Positions 1-12,925 of a stretch of 64,000 nt of DNA are shown here, one piece after another. The stretch is from Trichoplax sp. H2 (Eukaryota), in contig NOWV01000001.1 of NCBI GenBank assembly GCA_003344405.1, positions 62,001 through 126,000 on the forward strand, given 5' to 3'. Numbering within the stretch: position 1 is the first letter of the stretch; each line of letters opens with the position of its first letter. The translations under genes were made by a program, and so were the position numbers. The notes beneath the pieces were generated by a model, which was given only the letters and a program-made list of their open reading frames with translations, did not search any database and was not told the origin of the DNA.

Positions 1-1655
1 GTAAATTGTAAGTTCTGCAATGATAGCTTTTAATTCTTTTCGAGCATTAAAGAAAAGATTGATGAATGGGCTTTCAATTTCACAGGAAATTTATCGGAAA
101 TGTTGCTTGATACTTAATAATGATACATTAAATCTAATAGTAATATTCTCGCCGTGAAATTTATACCTAGCACTGCGACACTTACTAAATATATTACTTA
201 TCTAGAAAGATGCTACCTAATTTTGATTGGAGTAAATTGGTTACTGATTGCTACGACCAGATGTTTCTGGAAGCTGACAAAATATAGTCCGCTTGCAATA
301 TTTTAAAATTAAAAAAGTCAAAATTGTTGAATTATGGCTAAATTTAATTAACTGTAAAGTATTGAAAAAATAAACCTCTATTGAGACCAACTACGCTAAT
401 GTATTATACGAAATATTATTAGATTTATTAACCTTATGGTCTGAGTTCAAATATATCATCTGCGATAGATACAAATTAAAATCCATTTAATGTAATTAGT
501 AAACGCTTTACGATGTTTAGAATATACGCTAATTGCTTGTTTCAATTGCAGTAGGTCTCAGTTTGAGACTAAGAGATCGCGTACTCAAATTTAATTCTCG
601 TCGTATTTGCGTACTGCTACTATATTAGGTTTAAAGATTTTTCGCCGAATGGATATGGAGATATTCTTTTTGTGCTATAGTGTCTCTACATTTTCAAAAG
701 GATTTCTTGTGAATTTCATTTTATTGCAAAATTAATTCGTTTACCAAGTCAACAACATACACATCGGCATTAAAAGCTGCAAATACTTAATATGAATATT
801 ATCTAGTTAGAAACTTGCGCAATCTAACATGCTCCTTAAACTATTTTCGCGCAATAACCTCAGTTTTATGCTAATTTTTGGGTTAGACTACAGTATTCAA
901 CAAGATGAATGACTATCTAACCTTGATTTTGCTATATGAAAGGGAAGATATTTTTAGTAGCAAAATAATGAATTATACTTATGAAACCTATACTACTCTA
1001 GTACTATCATGAATGATACTCTCTACGTTTGTAGATAGCAATCAGAATGATAAAGAATGGAATATTAATAATTTGAGGTTGGTGACTAATAGAAACAATT
1101 GAAAACAGTCATTACTTAATCTGAAGGATAGAGAATAAACGTTTTATTAGCAGAGAATATAAAATTGAGCTATTGTGATAGATCTTGTTCCTGTATACTT
1201 GTATAAATGAATAGGATTGTCACAATTTTTGAAAAGCAACAGGCGACTATTTTACTATCTAAGAAGTGTCATTACAACCTTAAGAAATCATTTTCTTTGG
1301 TTTTGTTTACTAATCATTTAACATCTCTAAATGTTAGAAATGCATTATCAGGTGTACTAGGTACACTGTTCAGTGTAATATTCCATAATCTTAAAATCTT
1401 TTATGACAGTGTATTTAATTATTAAGGTTTAGGAGCATTCTGGCTTTAAAGTTGTCTGGGTTAATTGATTAAAATAATGTCTAGTTCGTGTTTATATAAC
1501 ACTGGCAACGCGTTGTAGAATAAGCAAAAGCGAAGTACTGTCTATACGTATTGAAGAACGGCTGTAGTATTCTTTAATGAGTCATATTATGATATTGTCT
1601 GGCATTGAATTAGATATAATTTTAGTATGAAAGATAACGCTAGTCCGCTTAAAGC

Positions 1656-4600
1656 CTAATTCACATGATGAGCTTCAAGGCAAGTAGTAAAAGATTGATG
1701 TCGAACAAATTCAACGGCACAGTAATACACAAATCGCATTTTTGAATAAAATTGATACCGAACCTGTCGAGCTACAGCATAATTTAACCAATATTTAACT
1801 TTCAAAGGATTAATTAAATTACTGCTAAGTTCCTCGATTCGATCAGTATTAATATATTTATTCTTGGATGGATAATTAGTGGAAAATCGATATCCTTCTG
1901 CCCATTCAGTTTGATTGTAAGCTGTAAGAGAATATATATACGTAGAAATTTTAGTAATAATGAGCTATAGCTTTAGGTATGTTGTAGCTACGTAAACAAG
2001 TACAAAATAAAGTATTATCTAAAAATATACAAACATAAAAGGCGCTTGCTAAAGATTTTTTAAATAAGTAGTGCATTTATATTTGTTTATTGATATTACA
2101 TGTATTTTGCAAACTAGTTTGTAACCTTACCCGTTGTTAAGTCCATATCTAAATAGTATTGAATGTAATCCAGTAACTTCCATTCTTTTTTATCCACCAT
2201 TAACATGCGAAATGAAGGATTGTTGGAATAAATGGGTGAAATAGACGGTGCTAACAGCATGAAAGAACTCATTCCATTGTAATCTCTTAATAGTCTAAAA
2301 TCGTCCTTATGCATATGGGCGAAGAATTGACCTATACCAAATTACAATCAATTAATTAATAGAAAGGAATTCGACTTGAAAAACATCCATTGCGGCTTAT
2401 AGTTGCGAAATTTAAATAGTGTATTTGTACAATCTTTCTAAGATTGACGTGTAATTCTCACCTGTGTTTATAAAATTTAGATAAAGCATCTTTATCACGA
2501 TTAATATCTTACAATACTCAATGTTATATGTATTTGCTATGACAGTACATCCCGTAATCCTAATAAATCACTTTGCAGTTGCTATTAATGTTCGAGTATG
2601 TTATTTAAAATGTTTTGACAAAACGTATATTCGTATGTTTTATATCTAGGTGCACATCCTCGCAGGTGCTGGTTATATGACAATCAGCAACGTGTGCTCA
2701 TTGGCCTGATTCCCACCTTGTCCCTAGCTATCTTTTGTTGAGTGGAAATCAGGTCAATGAACGCACATTTCTGGTTGTCATGTAACTAGCAGCCTTACAA
2801 TATACTTTAGTTTAAGATTGCAATATCTAAGCTACACGCTATAACTTATCCTAAATTATGTTATATTTTATACATTGTCCTCATTACGTAAGTGTTAACA
2901 CTGTATATAAAAATAGAGTTACTAGATGTATGACTGAATACTTACCCATAATGACATGTGGGTATAGAGAGGCGACGTAGTGAGTATAAATATCGGTATA
3001 ATTATCAAACCAGTAGTGTACATAATTTTTCTTAGATCCAAGATACGTATCCACTCTACAGAATAGAAAGAACGATTGTATTTTAATTTCATTTTCATAC
3101 CAATACATTATCGAATAAGAATACAGCGGTGGTCTAATCATCGACAATAATAACATAAATATTACAACACGAGCATATACAGTAGCAGTAGTATTAATTG
3201 GATATTCGTAAAAGTGGACGAATCTAGGTCAGCAGCAAATAAAAGAGTTCATTTCACGTATTATCACTGTTAGTATGGAAACAAAGTTACCATTAATCAA
3301 TATAATTGCAGCTTCTGATAAATAGTAATACTTGGCTAGAAATAGAACTTTTGTAGATAAGTCTAACTTGTCGACTACAGTATGGTAGCAATCTACCATG
3401 TTTTCAAGACTCTATTTCGGAACAGTATTATATTTACATTCTACTGTATTTCGTGTTCAAGATTTTACTGCTTATTTACAGATGTACTGAGGATTATTAA
3501 GCAAATTTTCTAATCTGTCACTTAAAGAGATTACTACTGTAAAGTGTACAGTTATGACATCCTTGACAAGAAGATGTCGATGTTGAGTCAGCCAAACTTT
3601 AGATATTGGCTAGTCCTGATTAATTTATCGTTTACAATAAACCTTAGTTCACAGTATAGGTGCGTTATTTGATCAATCGTATATTTTACAACAGTAAGCA
3701 TTAAGCAAGCATGATATACTCGAGTCTTTAACGTAGAATATACGTCGTACATGTATACTGTAAATGCTATTTTAGTATTCAAGAACAATAACATTTCAAT
3801 CTTTCAGTTAGGTTGCACTATATTGTATTGTATATCTTACTTCTCTTTTACCTCTGGAACTGACAACTACAATAAGCAAGGATGATGTAGTCCAGTCGGT
3901 CGCATAGAAACATATGTTACCGTCAATGTCATATACTACTATGTATGTCATATTTTGATATTCGAGTAATATACTTTCAATCGTTGAGTTTAGCCTGTAC
4001 TATATGCCTATGGTATAACTGTACGCATACTCTAACCTATCACATAGTACTGTATACATGCCATACGCGTATATGATATCTTGTTATCGTATGATAGATT
4101 GCAATCTTTCAGTTTAGGCTCTAATGTTTTATATAAATCTATCTACAATGTCCACTCGATAACTTGGGGACTGATAGTCTACATTCACAAACTATACGTA
4201 TATGATATTCTAGTATTTGTATGATACATTATAATTTTTCAGTTTAGGCTCTACTGTTTTTTATATAAATATATATCCAATGTCTGTCTACTTGATAACT
4301 TGAAGACTGATAGTCTCCATTTCTATAGTAACTATGTGATATCCAAGTTATTCTTTAGTAGTAATGAAATATCATTAGACCTTATGCTGAGTGTAAAGTC
4401 TAGAGATATTTTGAGTTTTTCACCTATAACTAAATCGAACAGATTTTATTATGTTCACATTAAGCTTACCCTGGTGGTACATGACCTTCGATAATAACCG
4501 ATTGACTTTTATTACTTGCAATCTCTAGTTGTAGTCGAAACCAAGCTAACTGTTGATCAGCAGCGTGGAAGAATTTCTCAGCTGGTATAGAACTACGTTT

Positions 4601-5569
4601 AAGTGCCTCAGTATCCCAATAGAGTGTATTTAAACTGATAATGGCTAATTTACCATCATAAATTTCAACCTTATAGTAGCCACCTTGGAGGAAAGTTTCT
4701 CGAATAGCATTGAATGATGTGATAGGACGTAATCTGTCTGGACAAAACGGGCATAAAATCAAGGCTGACCACATACTAAATATTGTTTCATACCATTGGC
4801 TATTAACTGGAATGATATAATCACCAATCATATCGTTATTGCCAATAGCCGGAAAGACAGGAGTAGCAGGGAAAGCTTCCACTAGACGTGTACTTGTATA
4901 AGTGATTGAATCACGCACACGACGATATAAATCCGGTTGTGATAATTCATATAAACGATGGCATACAAAATCACCAGAAACCAATACAAAATCGACATAT
5001 TGCTGTGTAGTAATTGGAATCACTTTGGTTGCTAGTAATGAATTATCAATTAAAGTTTTGGGTGAATCACAGCCTACTCTACCATAATAAGCTTTCTTCT
5101 GAGTTGGTTGAGCTGTTCCATTAGGATCATCAGGGGAACGGCAAAAGGTGGATGATGTCCATGATGAATTATATTCTAAATCTAGATGGAAATCAGTCAA
5201 GTGATAAAAGCGTGCAATATTGCCATCATCGGCGATTGTCGATGGCATAACACGATTGTAAAAGATTACAATCATAGCTAATGAGACACAAGCTACGGTC
5301 AGTAGAAATGCAAGACATGCTAAACATCGGACAGCAGTACATCTTCGACGTTGTCGTCGTACAAAGGGTGGATCCCGAATGCCAATCATGGCAATTTCTT
5401 CATCATCGAAGATGTTATCCTTGAAATTACACGAGTTATCATGACTGATAGAGGTGATCGTTGTCGACGGTGTAGTTGTCTTGCTTGGAGTTGTAGTCGA
5501 ATTTTTGTCGCTATTTTGAATTAATGGTGTCGAAGCGTTGAATTTATCTTCTTCTTCTCCTTCGGGCAT
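1656..5569 (-). CDS. Calcineurin-like metallophosphoesterase, acid sphingomyelinase-like (SMPDL3)/Ppn1-like, with N-terminal tail and signal-anchor
   Basis: Four exons join in frame with GT-AG sites: 5569-4470, 3055-2946, 2331-2131, 1921-1656 (TAG). Motifs FYHLTDFHLD, YYGRVGCDSP, SGDFVCH, AIGNND, GHVPPG, FFAHMHKDDF, PSISPIYSNNPSFR. A hydrophobic segment follows RRQRRR. Confidence 0.9.
2667..2791. repeat. Long imperfect inverted repeat (50-bp arms, 25-nt loop) in intron 2 of the phosphoesterase gene
   Basis: 2667-2716 matches the reverse complement of 2742-2791 at 41/50 positions without gaps (compared by hand). Confidence 0.9.
4066..4350. repeat. Diverged tandem duplication (~130-bp unit, two copies plus fragments) in intron 1
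   Basis: CGTATATGATAT...TTTCAGTTTAGGCTCTA...TATATAAAT...GATAACTTG..GACTGATAGTCT occurs twice in tandem. A related fragment lies near 3795. Confidence 0.8.
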
Positions 5570-6435
5570 TTTCCTTCAAGACTGTAATAGATTTAGTTTG
5601 GTCTAATTTGGATTAAACTTCTTGATATACTTGAGATCAGTGCCGTAATAAGTGTTATCAACACTGGCAAGACTTGGATGATGATGACTGTACAATATCT
5701 TGAATGCTATACGAGTAATTGAACTTTGTTTACTTACGGCTATATGGTGGCAGTAGAGTCACTTGACCGGTCGTATGTTGTAGGATAATAATTGGCTTAA
5801 TTTATTGGATACAATGGTTGCAATGTCCATAAATTAAGTTCCATATGACACTATAACGTCTAAAGAGGCACAAAATCAAGTAGTCTAGTCTCTCTTAATC
5901 TGTCAAGGTGATAATCTACTCATGGATGGCTTTTAATTCTATATAATCAATTAATCTATTTTCAATGTAATTATTTGATCTAGTGTTAGATAACGGTTTG
6001 CTCCTGCTGGTACTTTCCTCTCCAGATGGACCTTACTACAGTCTTGCTCAAGTTGATCGCGAGTAGTCACTAGGATTTCGAGTAGTGTCTTGGTATCTAT
6101 GTCAATTTGCCTGATCAGTGATCAATGATCAGAAATCGAATATATAGAGAGAGAAAGGGAAAAGCTTTTGGACTTTCCTTTTTGACGTTGCCTTTTAGCG
6201 CTGGTGAGAATTGGATGAGAAATGTGTAGACTGATTATTTTGGTGGTCATTTTACTGTGCTCTAGCTCTAGAGCTGTGCACCAGACTAGTAGGTAGTATA
6301 GCCCTGAAGTTGGATGTATCAACAGTACAGTGTTCAATTACAGTGGTACGTTACAGTTAAAATGACCAGTAAAAATTTGGCGATAGACGCTTTGCTAGTA
6401 TCAGCAATGAACGACGATGACCCAGGAAAGGGACA

Positions 6436-6480
6436 GTATGGTATGGAACGGAACGATATGGTACGGTACGGTACGGTACC
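6436..6480. repeat. Degenerate GTACG pentamer microsatellite in the divergent intergenic region
   Basis: gtatg gtatg gaacg gaacg atatg gtacg gtacg gtacg gtacc. Confidence 0.85.
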
Positions 6481-6815
6481 CATGACATGACCAGTCGTTA
6501 GACTTACGTCGTCGCCGACACAATCTAATACTGAATCATATACAAAATAGACTTTTATGAGTACCATGATAGCGCGATCTTAAAAGAAATTATCCTTTAT
6601 CTATACTATAACTGGGAACTAGTGAATCAACATCATGATAGTGCTTAGACTCAAGTGAGACAAATGCATTGGGAAAGGCGATTACGCGCCAAGGTCAAAT
6701 CCAACTTAATCGGGATAAGGATTACAGGCTGGCTAATTCTAATTTCTCCCCTTGTTCTTCTCCAATCTCCATTTTCCTCTCGGCTAGGATATTATACAGG
6801 TTACTGTAACCATCC

Positions 6816-9800
6816 ATGGCAGAAGTAACATCACCGATTTCCCCTTCTGAGTAAGTGGATTGTACTTAGGCGTAGGTTAATTATTATCAATTGGATGATA
6901 GCATGTCCTTTTCCATCTTCATCATCAAGACGAACTAACCTGTTGATATCTTGTATTATGATCATGGCGAATAGGCTTCCTCGTGAATTTCATGGACCAT
7001 TGGTAAGGATTGATGGTAGAAATAGTCAATCATGTCATCCTATTGTAATGTCTTACTTTCCATAAAACGTGTCCTAATCAGTATTGCTCATCAGCTCTCG
7101 GTACGGTAGATTAGATAATCTGCGGACATTACAGCCGATAGTTACAATTGAAATATTGATTGATTTTAACCTAATAATTGGATTTCATCATTCTTCAGCA
7201 ACAAATTGACAAATGATATTCTACATGGCTAAGATTTATTCTATGTCTGCAATAGACTATCGGGCTACAAAATAGTGCATACTTTAGTCATAAATTTTGT
7301 AGTAAATTGATACTTTACACTATTATATTTTACTGCCAGGTCTTAGCGAGTAGTAGGAATTATTCCACCTTTCCTTGAACAGGTAGATGGATTATAATTA
7401 TAATCAGTTTTATAGCTAGTAATCGTCCTTGTACAAGTAACTTACCATTCTTCTATGTCACATGGACACACCATTTTATACCCACTTAGTTATTAATTAT
7501 AATACATGACATCATCTACTTTACTATTAGGCCATCATTTTATCTTTCCTACAATCATGATAGATACAATAAAAGTGCGGTATAAACAATTACTGCTGTA
7601 TGATCATGATGAAATACATGGTGCCAATTGGTTTAATAAAGATTTGGTAATGATGGTATAGATGTAAGGGAAACTAATGTATCTAAAGTGATTGCTTTAC
7701 ATTTTTACAGGTCAATGAAGATTCTATTGGTTTTCAATTTGATCGACGTCGTAGACGTCAGGTAAATTGCTTCCACTTTGATATCTTAAAGTAAAGAAAT
7801 TGATACTGTACTTGGACTTAGATGTAATACGTATAGCAATGTTTGCTACTGAATGACTGCTCGATTACTGTAAATAATACTGCAAAATAAATTAAAAAAA
7901 AGCCCTCCTGACATCATGATACTCGTATTGAATTGTGATAGCCAGTTATATTAAACATGACATTCACTTTACAAGGCTTTAACACCATCAATACAGATGA
8001 ATTTAATCTACATTGTTGCATTGTATCGCATTTTAGGAAGGAATGAAACGTAAGAAACGGCGACCATCTAGCTTTCACATGAACAAGAGTGAATCAGCAT
8101 CAATTGCAGATCATGTCCTGCAAAGTATATCTAAAAGTAAGTACACGATCTCTCTTTCCAGTCATTAAATAATGATGGTAACTATTAGCTACTTTTGTTT
8201 CGGTATTCAATCAACTTTAATGTGCGTTAACATTATTCCATATCTCGCCTAAGCAAGATAAATACATCGTGCCAATGGACAATGCTCTGCATAGTATTTT
8301 ATACATGTTAAAATCGAGCTCAATGCCGGTAGTTCATGATTCTATAATGATACTTACTCAAAAATCGCACGTTATTAACACGATCGCTAACTAATTACAT
8401 TAGTAAATGCAGTCAATATTAGTTATGATCAATTTTATATCAGTAAAGTATGATTTACTAGTAGACGCGATTGTGTGGAAGCTAAGAGTTGATACTTTTA
8501 ACGCAGAGTAAGCGCATTGAAAATGTGTAGTAGGTGCTAATTACAATCACATCTTATGCGACAAATTATCATACAATTAATTATTCACTGAATAAACTAG
8601 CCTAATCCTCAAAATAGTGTTAAGATAGTCAAACATCTTACATGTTCTGTATGAAAACACAGGTAATGTGGAAGCGGAAACCCAGCAAGTTGAATCAAAG
8701 AAAGAAAATCCGAATGAGATTGTTACGACACCTATTGCTGAGAAACTAATGAGTATCGTCCGAGATGTTTTGAATGTAAGCCAAGCAGAATAACGTTTTC
8801 CTAACTTGGATTTAGAAGTGATGTCTGTTTTAAGCCACAGCTATTATATATATATATTATTGTACTTTCTTATATTTTGATTTCAATTTTTATTGATTCA
8901 CTTATAGGAAAGTTTAATTGAGATATCGGCACAAATTGACTTTCAAAGTGATGGTAAGTAAATCTGTTATGCTGTCATCAATATATTACGTACATTACGT
9001 ACTTGTCAATAAAGCAATAATTTACTCAATAATCTAGCAGTATTACTAGTATTATAGTCAAGATCCATTTTCACCTTTCCTTTAAATTAATAGCATTACC
9101 TAAAGTTAATCTATTGAAATGTTTAAATAACAAAATAACATATTTTGGGTTCTTATTGATCATATAGACACAGAAAAAGTTTCAAATGATGTTCTGGAAA
9201 ATATTACAGCTGAACATATACAACGTTTATTAATAGAGATGTAAGACTATCGTGACTTAAAGATAATGTAAACTTTGAGACATTTCCTGCAGATATGGCA
9301 TTACATTTCTTTCAGGCAACAACAAGATGAAGTTCGCCAAATTCTTACCGAAAGGATTAATTGGTGTGTTTTTATAACATTTTGCAACGATTCAGTGCGC
9401 TGAAAATTTTATCCGTTTTGTTTATATATTTCATACTATGTTAGTATTAAAAATGAACAAGATGATTGGAAAAATTACGAAAAAGGACTAGCAGATCAAG
9501 CACAAACACAAAAAGATGAGCTTGAAAAGTTTGTAACATTTTATCTTAAAGAAGAATCAACAAGTGTTCGTATCGATGTAATTAGCTATTAATCACGTCT
9601 GTCTGTATATTGGCGATTAGACCAATAGACCTGGTATCTTTAGAAAAAGACATACTCCCTGAATATCAACAACTTCTATCTTCAAACCTGGACTGTGAAA
9701 AGTTACTGAAAGAACTTGATGAAAAGAGATCTAAACTTAGTTTTGAGGTATTCTATTAAATCAGTCATAATTGTAAGTATAGTTTGTAGATACAACACTT

Positions 9801-10163
9801 TTTGAAATGCCCGTTAAATAATTTTAGTTAAAGAAACTGAGAGATGAAACATTAAGCATGGCTACTGAGATTATTCCTCAATGCGAAGAAATACAGGACC
9901 AGTTTGAAAGTTGTGGTGAGTGTAATTGCAAATACGAGTATGAGAATCGTAGTGAACAAATAGCATTGATACAAGTATTTTTAACATTAATTAGTACGAT
10001 AAGTAACGACATAAAATCTGTTAGTGTGCAGATTTAGACTTAAATTACAATACTATGTATGCTAATACTCTTTGTTTCTTCTAAAGTTGGAAATCTACCC
10101 AGTACAACTACAGCAAAAGAACTAATGCAGAACATACTGGATGAATCGAGCCAGATACAATGA
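6816..10163 (+). CDS. DSN1: Probable kinetochore MIS12-complex subunit DSN1/Mis13 (coiled-coil)
   Basis: Not in the ORF track. About 12 small exons splice in frame (6816-6850, 6975-7002, 7711-7761, 8037-8136, 8663-8775, 8908-8953, 9168-9240, 9316-9363, 9445-~9528, 9621-9747, 9828-9915, 10087-10163). Features: GFQFDR motif, basic KRKKRRPSSF (Aurora-B-type sites), IKNEQDDW (E-xxx-W), YQQLLSSNLDCEKLL resembling human QNEVLNTKPDYQKIL, and C-terminal TAKELM resembling PARKLL. The gene model is solid; the DSN1 identity is motif-based. Confidence 0.65.
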
Positions 10164-10665
10164 TGGAAATAATTGTTTGCGAAGGTTGTCTATAGCTTTA
10201 CACATATGAGGCTGATATATTACAGTCAACTGCTACGCATAGTATATACTCTATAAATGTACAGCAAGTTCAGGTATTTGGTAACAAAATCCTAATTTAC
10301 ACTTCAATGTGTAATATTATACTATATAATGTAATTTAGTAAGGATATTCCGGCATTGATTGATAGCTTATTTGACAATTACCATCTTAATTTCATCAGC
10401 AATGTAAATTAAGCTACTGGAATCGATTTTATTATTTTTAATTAATATCATCAACGCAACAGGTCACTTAATGTCATGTGTAGTGCTGTTTAAACATTAT
10501 TGATAATATCTTTATTGCACAACAGTGTACAGAAAATAAAAGTTTTCCACAATTTCCGAAGTAAATAATGGAGTGCTAAATGAACAGATTTTATAGTATT
10601 TCTCTCGTTCATTTTGTTGCATTGCTTTAACAGAGTAAATCTGATAGTCATGACTTATCAGCTAT

Positions 10666-12925
10666 CTAGCATACTGATTTTGACCTTTTACTAAGCCAAT
10701 CAGCAATTTTCTTATTATTTGCTATTCGATCGAATAGACTTTTCAATCGAGGGCAGTTCTCAAACAGGCTTTGATTTTGTTCTAATAAATATTCACTAAT
10801 ACAGAAAAATTCTAGATCGGCCAAAGTTATCTACAAGAATAGAGGTAAATTCATCATCATCATTGCTTTAGTATTCTTTACTTACTTATACAGTTATACT
10901 AATAGGGTACCATTTCAACATCATCGCAAGGATAAAACTTAAACTACGCACAAATTGGTAAAACTTCGTTGCTTACCGTGTTGCCAACCAAGTAGTCAGA
11001 TTCTAGGCCTGCTTCCAAAGCCTTCAGCCATGTTGATTTATATTTGCAATAATCTTCTTGAAGATTTCGCTATATCAGTATTAAAATACGTTAACATTGG
11101 CAATACTCGTATACCATCAGGTATTTGACATTTTATGGAGGAAAATGAAATCGCAATACTTTTATAAATATAAAGATACGAATATACTACTATCATTGAT
11201 TACATCCACAGATTCTTGTTTCCGAAAGCTGAATATTTGCTACGGGGATGTAGTATATAAATATGTTCTCTTGGTTTAAGATAATGTTGGATGATTTTTA
11301 TGGTTAATATTGAGGCATAAGGTTTTACAATTATTAGTATCACAATTTAGAGTCAAGTACAGTAATTTGTACATACTTGGTTGGTAGCAGCAAATCTAAA
11401 ATTACACTCAAAAATTGATCTACAGTATGCTACTGTGTTACGGTCATTCTTAGTGGGAATTTTAATTACAAGAGAGCAGTCTGCCGTATAAAATCGATTT
11501 TACAAGCTGCCATATACCAATATACGTATGGCATGCATGCAAGTAAATAGTACATCATTGTATTTATTATGGTTATAGAGTACTGCATGTTAATATAGTG
11601 AAATTTTGCACTGCTGAATTTGTTGAGCGCTGCTGTGTATCGTACATCATATTCTTAAAGTGACGGGTTATAAGACTGCAGTATCATTTACTATTCCTTA
11701 AGGAATTAGTGCTCAAGATTAAATTCTTATTATACAGAAATGATCAGTTATGAAATAATTGGTTGAATAATCGTAAAATTATTTGGTGCCAACAACAATC
11801 AAACTTAAGCTGACCTTTTTTTCCTCATCTGGCTCGAATTGAGATGTAAACATTTTGGTAAACATTTCGTCGACGGAATAAGTTATCATGTCAATCTTGT
11901 ACTTCTCCCAATTATTCTTGCCATGAAATCCTAATGCAAATATGATCAATCTTTAATCATACCAATGCCGTTAATAAACTAAGGTTTTACTTCTTATAAT
12001 TCAAGCGTAAAGTATACTGTACATGTTTACAATACGCCACGCCACCTCTGCGCGATCAGAACTCATGTACCTGATTCTTTATCACAAATTTATCATTAGA
12101 TGTGCAATCCTATTCGCACATACTATACGATATAATTATAACCACCATATTGAGCGTTATGAGGTACTTTTATTTGCTCATTACGCTATTATTTTTTATA
12201 GCAGATTTACAATGCGCATAGCAACTATGATCTTCCATTTAACTGTAGGGGTATTATTCACCTACCGAAAGTCAACGCTAAATAGCTTTCAATTGCAATG
12301 CTTTCGATAAAAACTTTACCATCCACTTCCAGAACTGGCAATCGGCGAAAAGGGTTCTTCACAGCTAATTTTAGTAGATAAATACAAAGTCATCACCCTT
12401 GAGCAGAATACTTATAAGTTATAATAGACTATGCCAAAGCTAATTTGATCATGCAATACAAATTTTTTTCAGCCAAAGTTATTGTACTCTAGTGGAGTCG
12501 TCAGCATAGTATACAAGTACGGTATACTGCACTTTTAACAGTTTAATGATCAAAATCTGCTGAATTATAATAGATTTAAAAGAAGTTAACGTTGTACAGT
12601 ATAATGAATCCATCAAGGAAACGTCGGCATAAAGTCAGCTGTTAACCAGTTGCTATATACAATAGCAGACTGCAGCTGCCTTCTACAATGCAAAAGTTGC
12701 AATCACTAAAATCAGGAGAATACAATTTACATGTAGCATTTTATAAGCACCATCCAAATAGGATCAAATTCGACGATGATACAGTGCATTACTTTGTTTA
12801 TAGGTGGGCCAATCTTCTTCGGAGATTCGTTCGTCAATAAATGGAACATCAGCTAAAACGAATAGGTAGCGTGCGACTTCCGCTCGTGCACGGATGTTAA
12901 AGTAGGTAAGTTTGTAAGTTGGCAT
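10666..12925 (-). CDS. Glutathione S-transferase, sigma-class-like (copy 1)
   Basis: Five exons: [22 protein letters not shown]...; NPFRRLPVLEVDGKVFIESIAI; GFHGKNNWEKYKIDM; DYLVGNT; ITLADL...IADWLSKRSKSVC* (stop 10666-10668). Confidence 0.92.

Noticed and set aside
1..1655. 72-aa ORF at 1207 and small hairpins near 555-592
   Set aside because: AT-rich UTR/intergenic sequence with no motif support; the hairpins are short enough to arise by chance.
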